Of a stretch of DNA of 64,000 nt, positions 14,651 to 27,580 are shown piece by piece; the first letter of the stretch is position 1; each line of letters opens with the position of its first letter. Origin of the DNA: Blasia pusilla (Eukaryota); contig CM114271.1 of NCBI GenBank assembly GCA_050084515.1, positions 33,170,001 through 33,234,000 on the forward strand, given 5' to 3'. Under the pieces are notes generated by a model. It did not search any database, was not told the DNA's origin, and saw nothing but the letters and a program-made list of their open reading frames with translations. The translations under genes were made by a program, and so were the position numbers.

Positions 14651-17309
14651 GGGAAGAAGCAACATCGAGAGATAAAGCTAGCTAAATATCTAGTTAACCC
14701 AGATGTAGTACATACAAACATAGTTGATAATAGACAAATGCATAAAAAAATATGTATATATGTGTGCTCGTATGTGTGTGATGGTCCTCGACTCGACATT
14801 ATGAAAAATCTTCCATTTTTATAAATATATTTTATCGGTTACATTATCCTAAGACAAAGCATGAATTTTCATGGTGCACGTTGTTTTATTTAGCTCCAAA
14901 AAAAATGAATTTTGTGGGGGTATTTTTAAAATTTAACTTTTTCTAAAAATATCATTGGAAAATGTCATGCATATATTGAAAAATGGGTGTTCATAACCAA
15001 ACAACAATGAAACTTTGTGGTTTTCATGTATTATCAGATGTTCCCTTAACTTGGAATTATGGAGAGCCACTAGTTTACAAGTTTGTGTGCATATCTTATG
15101 GCTCGGAAGAGTTGAAATCAACATGTTATTTGTAGGAGTGGGCATATATGTCTTATGTTTTTGATCCACATTGGGAGTAAATGTAGTGCTAGAAAATTTG
15201 GAGGTGTTTTTGCTTCGTAGAATTCATAGTAAGATATTGAAGAGCAAATTTCTATCTCTCAAGGAATAGACTTCATTTTCCTTGATATTTACGTTGCAAT
15301 TATCAAAATAAGGGATTGTCTTCCATCTATAATTAAGATCTATATGATGTATCTTGTTTTTGTAATGTTCATTTGTGACATATCCACTCACCTCAATTTG
15401 AAGCCACTTATGGATGGAGTGATGAGTTTGAGAATGATTATGTGTTATCATTAATAAGACCCAATGAGGATGAGATTTACATTCTTCTATCTCCAAGTTG
15501 TGGAAAAAAGTGAGAATATATGTCCTAGAAAACGTAGGGGCTAGAAAAAAATTTTATGCTTGAAAATCTACATAAAAAAATTCTACACTTGTCATGTTTG
15601 AGAGAAAACCTTGACTCTTTTATGAAGAATACTAGATTTTTTCCCAATTTTGAAATAAGAGATCTATTGTCCAGATCCACATCTCATAGGCTTCATTCTT
15701 GAAGGTTTGATTATTGTTAACGTGATCCTTGTTCTTGATATGCCTACACTTTTTATAGATTTATGATATGAATTTGAAATAAGTCTCTTCTCTTTACATC
15801 GGATTTTACATTATGCTTATCATCTTCAAAGTTCATCTTGGGCTAGTGCTACTTATTCATAAGTTTTACTGTTGGAAGGCCACTCATCATCCACAAGATC
15901 CTTGTTTTAAACAAATATATTTTTCAAAATTAAAAATTTCAAATTTTTATCATGATATGTATGATTTTGAGATGCCATTGGACAAGATTAAAAATATCTC
16001 ACAATTCTTAAAAAGACGACATGCCTAATAATGTTGGTATTTGCGTGTTTGTATGAAATTATACCTACAACAATGAAAAAAAACTTGATTACTCAATTCT
16101 TGATAACAATATCCTACAATTCTATGGCCCCTTAGTCCATATTGTTACTCCAAGTGGGCCCTATATATCTCTTATGTTGAGTCCAAGATCTCAAGTCATC
16201 CAATTCCTTGTGATGAAAGTAACAACCATCGTGTTTGAGTTGGATGTAGAAGTGCTCTTGATCTATTTAATAATTTTATTATAAAAAAAGGGAGAGAATA
16301 TAGGTTTGTCATAGAGTGGGTCCTCTTCACCTCTTTGCTAGGTCTACAAAATGACTCCCACCTTGAATCTTGCAAACGGAAGACTTACTTTAGGTCCCAA
16401 GATCCAACTCGTCATACGTCTCAATTGCTAAGTCACACAAAGAACATATTGTTCCCCTAAGGAGTCTTGTCCTTGAGCCTTAACCAATGATATTCTATCT
16501 CTCATCCAAGCAAGATCTCGATGGATATCCCCAATGTGCAGTGTGTAATGTATACTAGCTCATAATTAGGCCAAACATAAAATATGCTTAAATCCCTATT
16601 CCACGTAATGAACGAGTAGGGAGGGAGAGTCTTCCTCATCTAATTATGGGGTTCTTTCGATCCGTGCCCCATCCTAAGTATACATGTGCATACTAGGTTG
16701 TTACTTGTGGCCTTTAATCCAAAACTAAATCAAAACTCCCAACTAAAGGTTTGGCTACTTGGATCCCAAGATAACTTGGTAATTCTTAAATTTTTTCTCA
16801 CTCCATCTTGCCTCAATAAGCTCACCTTGGCCTCATATTCTGTATGTCTCATGGCTAATCACCTATCTCAACTCATGCCTTTTCATTTCTCAATTATTCT
16901 TATGGCTCTAGCTTCAACTTGTGTTTCATAATTGCTCTGATGGAACAACCACACATCTTGATTAATAATGGTTTCTAAGACCTCAACTTACAACTAACCT
17001 AATGTCTAACTCACCCATCTTCGCTCACCTCTTGTTCCTATGAGTGGTTCCGCACATTTCCTCCTAAGACTTGTTTCAAGGTGTGCATTTGTCTTAACTA
17101 GTCTTAGCCCACGGCTTGGTTGGCTAAACATCCTTTGGTCTCAAGATTCCTTAGGTGGATCTCTCTGTCCTTTCTCTTGAAGATGAGACTCATCTCTTGA
17201 CTTTCAGCATCCCTAGATAGCCTTGGTTCTATTTTAGTGATTTCAATAAGGTAAATCCTCCCTTGACCACATTCATGACTCACTTCTTGAATACGCGACC
17301 AGTAGCATG

Positions 17310-17795
17310 CAAGGTTGCATAAAAATGAACATGTCCACGGATATGTCGCTCGGGTTTCCGTAGCCCATATCCGAGCTCGCCCCTAAGCTTGCTAAGCATG
17401 TAGTATAGACCCAAAGGTTATACATGGAAAAAGTCCGTGTCCGCATACATCCGTGCAAGCCTGGGCCTCTGCGGCCCACTAAAAGCCCGCCGCATAGACC
17501 CGAGATGATAGAGCCCATGGCAGGCCCTCAACCAAGCCTGTAGGGCCGACTTGGCCTCCATCGGGTGGACTAAGGGCGCGGAGCCCCCATGGCGGGCTAG
17601 GAGTGGGTTAGGGGCAGGCTCCGCGCCCTGCGCGGGCCTAAGCCTGCCCAATGGGGGCCAAGCCCAGCTTGGTTGGAATCCTACCGTGGGCCCTACAATA
17701 AGTGCGGGCTCTGTCAGACCAGGTCTACATGGCAGGTGTGGACTTGGGTGCAGGCCGGGCATGCCCGAGGACATGTCCGTTTCTGTGCAACCTTG
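17310..17795. mobile_element. hAT-like MITE, same family as 9077-9667
   Basis: TIR CAAGGTTGCATAAAAATGAACATGTCC / GGACATGTCCGTTTCTGTGCAACCTTG. Flanks GTAGCATG / GTAGACCC (partial 8-bp TSD). Further related sequence runs to about 18210, with another TIR-like end TTTGTCCGTATGCAACCCTTG near 18010-18029. Confidence 0.7.
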
Positions 17796-20700
17796 GTAGA
17801 CCCGGGCTAGTCAAGCCCACACCCATTTTGTGGCACGTGCGCAACTCGCACTAGCCCGCGACAGGTGTGTGGGGCAGGTTGGGCCCTCCATTGGGTAGGC
17901 TCAGGCCAATGCAAGGCGGCCAACTTAGGTCTATGCGATGGGCTCAGCCGGCTCCGGGTGCAATCCGTGGGTATTCGCAGAGACATGGATATGTGTGCCG
18001 ACACGGGCTTTGTCCGTATGCAACCCTTGTCCACGAACATATTCATTTTCGTTATCCACAGATTTGGCCAACGGATCCCCTACTCGGGTTTTTTTTTGGT
18101 AGTCAGGTGGCCCGCACGTAGCCCGTACCAGCCTGCCCTAGGCCCGCACTGGCCCACGGGAGTCTTGCACATGACCCGCAGCTAGCTTGCACAAGGCTGG
18201 CAGGGTGGGCTCAAGGGCCGTGGAAGATTTGTGCGCATCATTATTGGATTTGTGGTTCATTATATTGACTATATGTGATTGAGATAACTTGATTTAGTCT
18301 AGTTTCATTATTATTGATATCTACACTCCATATGGACATCCCTCCTCCTAAGCCATACTATCCATAATCCCCAGTATTTGCCGAAGGTGAGTCAAATGCA
18401 CAAATGACTTATGAGCCATGTGCATCAAGATCCAATACAATCACTAGAATATATGAATATCCTATAAATGTTTGTTACATGGAAATTTCCACATTAAAAT
18501 AAGCATTTAGTGACATACTTTTTTTGATAAACTCATCATCTCTTAGAAATGTTATTTTGAGTTTTATTTGGAAATCTTAATTTCTTACTAGCTTTTTTAT
18601 CGATTCTCACATTTTTCTTGAAAGAAATATCTACCAAGAGACATATAACGTATTAATTAAGGAAAATAATCCATAGTCATCACCTATCCTCAGAATTCGA
18701 AATCCATAATTTTTGTTTTCATGCGAGAAAATGAGATATTTTAAGTATTTGAGTACGATTCTTCTTTAAGAACATAACCTATGAAATTTGCAGTATGATA
18801 TTACCATTTCATATTAATCCAAATAATGATGTTAGCTACATGGTTGGTTGGTTATTATAGCTTGCCACCTCCATCTTGCAATTAGATCTATTAATTTGAT
18901 TAGAAAATTTCCTATTTAGCTAGTAGTAGATCATAAAAACTGCTTAACAATCAAAGCATTGTATGTAAATGCTATCTCTTCCAATAACTTTTAACAAGTA
19001 TATTAAAATTTGAGATAAATATAATAATATAAAATTCCATTTCCAATCGAACAAGATCTCCTATTATCAATAATTCTATATCCTCCACATAGTAATATAG
19101 AGATAAAACTACACTGGATGTAGGAGAAAGCACCATACTATATATCCCATGAAATATTTCAACATAGAATTTAGAAGATATCCTTTCAAAAGAGTGCCAG
19201 ATGTATTAAAGTAGCCCTTACTTTCCCATGTCATGTTCCCATATAGATGACTATGTAAAGTAATAATAGAAAGCTGAAATTGAATAGAACCAATATTTAA
19301 TTCAATGCACTGCATATAACATATCTTGACATACTTTGATATTTCTTTTCATTCCCCAAATAGATGCTAGTAGATAGTCTTATGCTATCTTTCATGCTAA
19401 TCATAAGTCTATGTAGCAATATAGAGTATGGAACATCCAAGGTATGATAGTTATTTCCATGTCTCATATAGAAAAGTCTATATTATGATTTGACCATTGA
19501 AGCCTAAATTTCAATACTTCATGCATAGGATACTATACAATCCCTTGTACTATTATTATTTTTATGTATATACTATTGGATGGATGTTTATTATTGGCTA
19601 TGCTAAAAATACTATACGACATAGATAGTGTCTCCTATGCCCAAGGGAATTCTCCTTTCCAAGATAGATAACTGCGTGAGGAAACAAATTTGCCATTATC
19701 ATAGGATACTTTATGACTTTTGGATACATGAACTCAATGCAGTTTGACCATTACATTATGATCTTATACATAGGACAGCATCTTCATAACTTTATAATTA
19801 TTTTTATTTTCTATTTGAATTTTTGGATATTCCCAACTATTTTTCTATGTTGGATATGTCTTGCTAGCTATTAGTAAGATATGAGATATAATCCTATTAT
19901 TTGGATTGGATTATTAAAATAATAATATCATATCTTATGTTTAGCAACTATTTACTAATGTGATGCAAATGCAATTATTTTATGTGCACACTTATTTCTT
20001 CCATCTAGATTATTTTTTGTATTATTCATATTCAATCATCTACTATACGAACGAAAGAAAGATGTGAGTGCTTGTTGAATGACTCGTGCAAATGGTTCCA
20101 AAATAAATCTTCACAAATGAAAGCAACAAAAGTGTATGCTTCTACACACAAATCGAGGCATAATTTAAAAAAATAGAAATCATGAGGAGAAGATTTAAGA
20201 AGGAAGAGGAAAGGAAAACAAGAAGAGTAGGGTATTTTAAATAGGATATTGTTGGAATAATCTTTATCTATACTATTATGGGAGAGTGTTTTTTTGATTT
20301 GCAAACACCTTTATGTTTGACCCTGGCAACCGGACCATTCATATGTTAAGTTCTTAAGGGCAACATAAAAAAGTTTGAGTCTGTGTGCAACCCTAAACCC
20401 TTCCCTTCACGGATTATACACTGACAAAATGTTTTCAAACAGTTTTTTAAAAATTCCCAAGCTAATTTTTAAAACACTAAAGGAGAAAATGGAAAGAGGT
20501 TGTGAGGATTTTCTTAAATGAATTGAAAAGGACATTAAAGGAGGGAAGCTAATAATTTAATTTCCATATACTAATATTTCGTCCGTCCAAATAGGACAGA
20601 AAAACCCGTAAATTCGAAGATATGTCCATAGAACTGTAGGATACGGAAATCCTGTGCCTGTGACACGTTCTAATTGTTTGTTCTCATTCGTGTGAAAAGC

Positions 20701-21768
20701 TACGCACGGCAGTTCGTGAGCCTACAAACACGTCCACGCTGGCGAAGTTAACCCGAGTGAAAGACTGACCTAACTTCAAGGCGCGAATAGCGGGTCAACC
20801 GGCTACCCCATCCATTCACAGCATGCCCCAACGGACTGACGGAGGTGCAGACGTAGACACGTTGTGGATCCGCCGGGTTACACAGGCCACAAGTCCGCCG
20901 TCCTCCGGCTCGAGACGGCCGGTGGACGGACGTGCGGAGCGACACAAGCGGGTTGTTACGTAAGTGGGCCCAGCGTCGTCGCGAGCTACGGAATAGAAGT
21001 CGGGAGGCTTGCGAATGGAGGTGGATTTTGCTGTCCTTGCGTTCCCAGCGCGATCGTATGTTTTGCAAGCCTGTCCGATGTATGTATAATTGTGGAGTGG
21101 GGTGCAAGATCTTTGTCATCGTTGTACGTAGTTGTCGATCGCATCAGCTAGTGTGAGTGCTTATTATTAGCCCAGCTCGCATGTGCCGCAGGTTGCTTGG
21201 AGTCTCAACTGAGGTAAGAAAAGGAGAGCTTGCTTGCTTGCTACTACCGAAAGAAAGCGGAAGAAGAGAGGAATTGACCCGCCTTCGATCGGCTTACGGC
21301 CGTCTGCGTCGCATCCGATCTTTCGTAGCGGTCTTTCGATACTTATATTCCGGAGTCCTGGACACCTGTTCCTTCATTTCTGCTGCCGGCACTATTGAGG
21401 AGGTCCGTTTGCGAGTGAATCCATTCCTCCCTGGACTAGTATAGTAGTGCCGCTGCGAGAATCGAAGTCGAGCTTGGATCCGTCCTGCAATTGGCGAGAG
21501 GAAGACCGAAATTTACGACCAGTGTTGTTGGTAGCTGAAGATTTGGACAGCTCTAGGAAGGGTGGAGCGATGCAAGGACCATTCAGGCACCATGAATTGC
21601 GCACGCAGGTTTCGCTCCGTCGACGGTCGTGACGGGAGGTACCCGGGCGGAGAAGTTGCTGTGAATTGATCTACCCAGGTTCTCGAGTCGATCGGTATCG
21701 CCGCAATCGTGTTAGGAGCGGGTGCCAGAGTACAATTTCGCGTTTGTCCGTCGGGGCAGAGGTCGGGA

Positions 21769-22470
21769 ATGGGGAACACAATGTTGAAATGCTGCAGTCC
21801 CCCACCGCAGAGCGTGATAGTGTACCAAGAAAAGGGGAAGATTATGGAGTTCTACTATCCAGTGCTGGCCTCTAAGCTCATGCTGGAGCACCCCAACCAT
21901 CTGATTGTCTACCGCTCCGCAAGCGCCAAAGGAGGTGCGACGAAGCAATCTCAAACGCTGAGCAGCAAGGCGCTCAGCCAGGGCGGGGACATTCGAGTCG
22001 TGCGATCCTGTAACAAGTTGGAGCTCGGCCATGCCTACTTTCTCGTCCACATCCCCGACCAATACATCAGTCGCTTCTCCAAATACTTCGCTCTCTCTAG
22101 TCCCAAGTCCAGTTCCCGAATCGAGCTCCCTGTGAGAGGATCCGCTGCTGCACCGCAAGCGGTGGCAGCATTAGTGGGAACTTCCAGAACTTCCAGGCAG
22201 AAGAAGAGGCCTATGAGGTCCAAGGCCATGAAGCCGAGGCAAAGGCGATGTCCCACGAGATCTCCGGGTTACAAGAAATCTCCGGGAAGGAGTCTATGGG
22301 GAGATAGCAATCACCTTCAGTCATATCGCAGACTGGATTCTTCTCATCAAACAACCTCCTCCCAGTCTCGGAGGAAGTACTACCATCGCTCATCGTGGAA
22401 GCCAACGCTGGAGAGTATTCCGGAATCAAGTACCGTTCTGCACCAGCGCAATTCTTCTCATCACTCCTAG
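21769..22470 (+). CDS. DUF4228 / PADRE-domain protein (233 aa), likely N-myristoylated
   Basis: Starts MGNTMLKCC. Contains the family-typical G-x-x-x-EF-x-x-PV-x-A-x-x-LM-x-x-HP-x-H, LELGHAYFLV and the C-terminal WKPTLESIPE motif. Single exon in a CpG-rich island. Confidence 0.88.
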   Translation: MGNTMLKCCSPPPQSVIVYQEKGKIMEFYYPVLASKLMLEHPNHLIVYRSASAKGGATKQSQTLSSKALSQGGDIRVVRSCNKLELGHAYFLVHIPDQYISRFSKYFALSSPKSSSRIELPVRGSAAAPQAVAALVGTSRTSRQKKRPMRSKAMKPRQRRCPTRSPGYKKSPGRSLWGDSNHLQSYRRLDSSHQTTSSQSRRKYYHRSSWKPTLESIPESSTVLHQRNSSHHS

Positions 22471-25400
22471 CATCTAGCCAGCAAGCCGCCGGTCCCCTAG
22501 TGTAGGTTGTACAGTCTTTTTCCCGAAAGCAATCGGAGCGCACGGTTTGCATCGATCAGTTTGAAAACGTTTTCTAGGACTTGCACATAGTACATCGTCG
22601 CCTTCATTCATTAATTTTGTTCGATCGATCGAGAGTCTTTTTAGTCTTATTAGTCTTTTTTCGGATACGAGTGTTGGCGCGCTCCAGGACGAGGTCCGTG
22701 GTTTCACACATGCGGATCTTCAGTCCTGATGATGTTAAGAAATCCAGAAACTACAAGCGTTAGCAATTGTCGACCTGGGAGTCCGATAGTGATGAAATCG
22801 AGATGCTTGCAATTGCCGATTTACGTTCAGATTGATCGGTGGTGTGACTTCTTGGAGTTGATCTTTTCTTCTCTTGTGGCGAGGATTTGGACCCGTAGAC
22901 TTCGCAGAATTCCGTCTTCTTCTTTCCTGAGTCTTAAGAGCAAGGGATTTCCACCACGGCGTGAACTTTGGTATATAACATTGTAACTGTATATAATATT
23001 TCTGAACATGATGATGGACTTTGAGGCTCTCTAGCTATATTTCATTTTAAATTAGATACGTTGAGCCGCTGGATGCTGTTCGAGTGATGTGCTCTTCTTT
23101 GTAGAGCTTGAATGAATCATATGTGCTTCATTCTATCACACGTTCCGAGAGATGTCTTTTGCGATCGTGTAACACTCCGGATGTGCAGAACTGCATGCAC
23201 AAATCCTTCCGTCAGCAGTATCCAAGTTAGCTCACAGGCAGTTACGCATGTGACCGACACTCGAGCCGCACGGACTCGGCGTCTCGTCTGATCACGGCTG
23301 ATAGTGTTTCCATCCGGAAATTTAATCAGATTGATGCCCTGGTTCTTTTGACCTCTTATGCTCAGAGCTAGCAAATCGCAGGTCTCTTGTACTTACCGAC
23401 GCTTGATGAGTGAGACCTGCGATAATCACAGGCTCAGGAAATCGTATGCGCACTGCCTCAGTTCAAATGGATGGTACTTGCCAATGAGGACTGTCGTTGG
23501 AATCGGATGCGGCGGCGGGCATGCGTATGTGGGCCAGATCTATAGATGTCGTTCTGAGGTAGCTGTGGGGGTGGTGAAGAATCCGAGGTCCCACCTACCC
23601 AATCCTACAACAGCGGACAGATAACGCCACTAGTCAAGCCCACAAACCTTCTGCGCAGATTCGCAGAACTAGTACTACCGCTCTTCGGTTTCATCCGATC
23701 CGAGGTTACGGTCCTCGATCAACCCGGTCCCACTCAGTGATCTCGGGTTCCTTAGCTCGCACACTGGCAGATTCAAATCTGCCTGTGTGACATGCTGAAA
23801 TCTCCGCCTGTGGAAGGGAGATCGTTGCTACACATCGCAGTAGCTGGAGACATTCAAGCCCGACAGGCGCAGCCCAGACGCGCCAATTTTTGAGGAATCG
23901 TTTGTGAGTGGCGTGTAATCGGCAAGAGGCACAGGCAGATCTGTACACGGAGATGTTTCAACCAATTAACGCAGTGGGCGCTTCGCTCGGACGCACTGTC
24001 CGCCTACCCCGTCATGAGTTCTCCTGTTATCATGTAGTAGAAGGTATGTCAACAAAATCGTGCGTGGCCAGAGCACTTGTTGGTGGCTGTGCTAGTGAAT
24101 CCCAAGGAAAGGAAACTATCCGGTCCATGCCCCGAGACGAAGGGGCAGTCCTTGAAAGTACACTTTCGATCCGCCGCTCTCAGATGGACGATGACTTTAT
24201 GAGAACTGGCTCCGCAATTGAGCTCGTATGACTCCGGCAGATGGATGGGAAAAATGTTACAATCTGATAGAGCCACTCGGAAACGACCTCATCTTAAAGT
24301 TCGAGTCGTTGGATTCATCTGCACTCGTCGGAGCGCCTGGCGAACTTTAGGGGAGTTGTCCCTCGATTCTCGAAACTCTCTAGGGCTTTAGAGATCGAGA
24401 TCTTGAAACTCCATGCGGTGGTTCGAAATCAGCATCAAATCCTTGAGCTTAATTTCCCTCGGATACCGTGAATTTTCGCTTACGGATCTCATGGGGGATC
24501 CGGTGGAGAACATCGAGGCAGCTTTGTCGAGCTTGAGCTCGAAGGCAGATCGATGATTCAATGAACTCACTCGGTCATGGAAAATTGAATTGTTGGACCT
24601 GTCCAGAACTCGATTGTTCTCAATAGCTGAGGTCTGTGAAGGATCATCCGAATCGAATTTGATGCTCCAAAGGGCGACCGTCGTGAACTGGCATTTATGA
24701 AGAATCTGATGCAAAATGTCTACGGTTGCCATGCGGATAGAGCTATTGCTCAGGACTACTCTCTTGGTGGGGATCTCGGACGGGCTTTTGGTGTTTTGGT
24801 CGATTATAAGGACTGCCCTCCGCCTTCTCTCGTCTCTCCTCCAACCTTTCCAGTAGTTAGTCTGGGCTGCAGATGTTGCTTTTGCATCCTCTTGGAATCA
24901 GGAACGGTATTTCTGACGACATTCAGGGTATGGCGCAGAGATGCCCTTTCGAATTTTCTTGGGCTGCACGTTCGTGATTTTGACAACTATGAGGATGTGG
25001 CGTCGCGTTGCCCTTTCCTCTAGAAATTTCCACTCTTGGACACCAAGATTAGGGTTTCTTTATAGCAATCAGGGTGAGGTCCAGGTCTACACCACCTTGC
25101 ACTTGGGCAGCAGATCGGTGTTTTCAACAAAGCATAGCGTGTGGCTTAGGGCTGCCCTCACCCTTTCCAATGTGCTTTCGCCTGCCAACAATCGGGAAGG
25201 AGAAAAGTTGACTGGTGTCGTTCCTCTGATGTTTGCTGACGGTGGCCCAGAGAAAATCGGGGACACAAGCTGCAGCCATTACATCCGTGTCTCCCTAATG
25301 TGGTGTGAGATGTTGGAAGTGCAGGCGCATGTTCCCAATTGTGGGGTGTTGATCTTCAATGCCCATGAGGACCCGGGACCAATACCAGATCCCTGAGGTG

Positions 25401-26404
25401 CTTGAATAGCTTACTGGCTCTACCTGGAAACAGAACTATCAGAGGAACGCAGGCGCGATGGTCGCATCAACAAGTCCATTAAAATAGACCGGATGTCAGT
25501 GCAATGTATCAGCATCCTCACGCACATTTCTGGTTGGACTGGGTCTTCAGAAATTCCTTTTTACATCGTTGCGCTCCAGCGATCTGATGGAGACTAAATG
25601 GACTCACTCATCAAGCATCGGTAAAGCAGGCAAAATCAAGGACGGAGATTGTCAGGGTTGCAGGTCAATGCTTTTACATAGCCTCATCTGTCTGAATGCT
25701 ATTCCTGGACTGCGGGCTGGAGATTTCAATTCACTAATGGTCACATTCAAGAAATTCAGTGGAAAGAGTGACACTCACTCCCAAAGTGCTTAGCTGGTGC
25801 ACCAGAGTTGTTCTCCGAGTTCAGCGGCCTAGCTAGATTCATCTTCCCATGGCTACCCTAGCTAGAGCTCTGATGGAAACCACACGAACTGATCAGACAT
25901 CGGTGAAGCGGTCGAATCATGTATCGATATTGTTAAATAGTGCCTGTCATAGCCTTGCGACCATAGACCCTGATATTGTTAGAGAGAGCGAGAAAGAGAG
26001 CTTCTTACATAGCCGCAATTATCTGAACGCTCTTCCTGAACTGTGGCGTTTACTACTTCGCTACTGGTAATTTGCAAGAAACTCACTCTTCTATTTCTCA
26101 TCTGGTGCAACAGATGTGTGCACTCCAACTTCAGTGGCCCATCTAGATTCAAAACCCAAGGCTGCTGTAGTCATACCTGATGTTCTTTGGACTCCTCGAG
26201 GATTCAGGTGAAAGCTCGGCAACGTCGTTAAGAGCTTTATGGTCAAAACCCATGAGCTGAGCACCGACACTCTCTTTGGTTCCAATTCACCTATGGACCT
26301 TCTTCATCTCTCTGCAGCCGGCCCCACTGCTACTACAGCGGCCCAGCTAGAGCACAAAGCCTAGCTGTGGTTGGAAAGCTGGGAGAACAAGTGCCCTCTC
26401 TCTC

Positions 26405-26568
26405 TCTCTCAACCTTGTCGCAAGGCTACGACAGGCACTACTTAATGAGTACCGTCTCTCAACCTTGTCGCAAGGCTACGACAGGCACTACTTAATGAGT
26501 ACGATCTCTCAACCTTGTCGCAAGGCTACGACAGGCACTACTTAATGAGTACCGTCTCTCAACCTTGT
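26405..26568 (+). repeat. 50-bp tandem repeat, 3 full copies plus a partial copy
   Basis: Unit AACCTTGTCGCAAGGCTACGACAGGCACTACTTAATGAGTACCGTCTCTC starts at 26411, 26461 and 26511. Degenerate copies at about 26651 and 26806. Confidence 0.95.
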
Positions 26569-27314
26569 AAGGGCCATACAAATTATGTCCATGAAGTCAG
26601 TCTCTCTCTCTATCTCCCTCCCAAGAGTTGGGTGACTTGGGTCTATGGTGGCAAGGCGACGACAGGCAATACTTAATGAGTACAGTCTCTCCCTTCCAAG
26701 GCAGTAAAGGTGTGACAACCCGGTAGTGATCATATTTACCCCCTCTCAAGGTCATCCTCGAGAGACCTGCTAGCGCCGTCCAAGCAGAGTGCAAGGTTGA
26801 TGGTTGCAAGGGTTCGATAGGGACAACTTAATGAGTGCGGTCGTTCTCAGGGCGGCTGGCTACGTTCTTGAGAATGATGGGAAAATTTCCATGATGGTCG
26901 GGAGGAAAATTCTTGTCACTAACTGAAACCGGTGCGGCTTTTGCGAAAGAAGCAGGAACAACTCTAGAATCGCCAAAGATAGAATCGCCGGAGCTCTTCT
27001 GTTACCTGAAGTAACCTAGATCACCTTCAAAATGCCACACCTTTAACTCGTGTTTGCAGGGATGCTGCATTGTTAAGCGACTAGCGTTTCGGGGAGTCAC
27101 AAGGCATAAGGCAGTTAATGGTCTCGTCGTGACGAGCTTACCTGTGCTCGCCACCTTTAGCATCTCCACACCCTTACAGAGAGTGATTCCTGTGGCATGC
27201 CTCCATTCACGCTGAGCGAATGAGACGTTCATGTAGTCATGTCGTGGTGGCCACCTAGTCCAGCCCAGATGCAGATCCTACTTGTGTTCCCATTGGTTCC
27301 CTTGGGAGGGAGGA

Positions 27315-27509
27315 GGGCTGCGCCGGCCTAGGATATAGTGCGATACCAAGGCGACGCTGGCGGGATCCGGACAGCAAGCTGACCACTTGATCCCGCACCC
27401 GGAAATAAATAAGATTAATATCGTGAGGGTCGATGACCCTCGTATCAGATATTAAACTGATAAGAACAGATACTACACTTGATCTTAGCCAAAAGGCCGA
27501 GAAAGGTAT
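27315..27509 (-). ncRNA. U2: U2 spliceosomal snRNA
   Basis: Minus strand begins ATACCTTTCTCGGCCTTTTGGCTAAGATCAAGTGTAGTATCTGTTCTTATCAGTTTAATATCTGATA, the canonical U2 5' half including the branch-point pairing GTAGTA. Stems IIb (GAGGGTC/GACCCTC), III (GCGGGATC/GATCCCGC) and IV can form. About 195 nt; the 3' end is approximate. Confidence 0.97.
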
Positions 27510-27534
27510 ACATCTGAGGCCAAGATCGTGGGAC

Positions 27535-27580
27535 TATGTACCTCTAGTTTCACCATTTGAAACTCAGTGCTTATGGGTTT
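27535..27580 (-). promoter_or_regulatory. Putative snRNA promoter (USE-like AAACCCATAA at about -71 to -62; TATA-like TACATA at about -31 to -26)
   Basis: Positions relative to U2 +1 fit the plant USE+TATA layout, but the motif differs from the angiosperm RTCCCACATCG. Confidence 0.45.

Noticed and set aside
20389-20401. AACCCTAAACCCT, resembling a telomerase RNA template
   Set aside because: No USE/TATA arrangement or telomerase RNA structure is evident. More likely an isolated telo-box upstream of the gene island.
21709-21768. Longer N-terminus of the DUF4228 ORF in the ORF track
   Set aside because: It uses a non-ATG start. The family-typical MGN start is at 21769.
26405-26568. Repeat array as a possible CRISPR
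   Set aside because: The units are contiguous with no unique spacers, there are no cas genes, and the context is eukaryotic.
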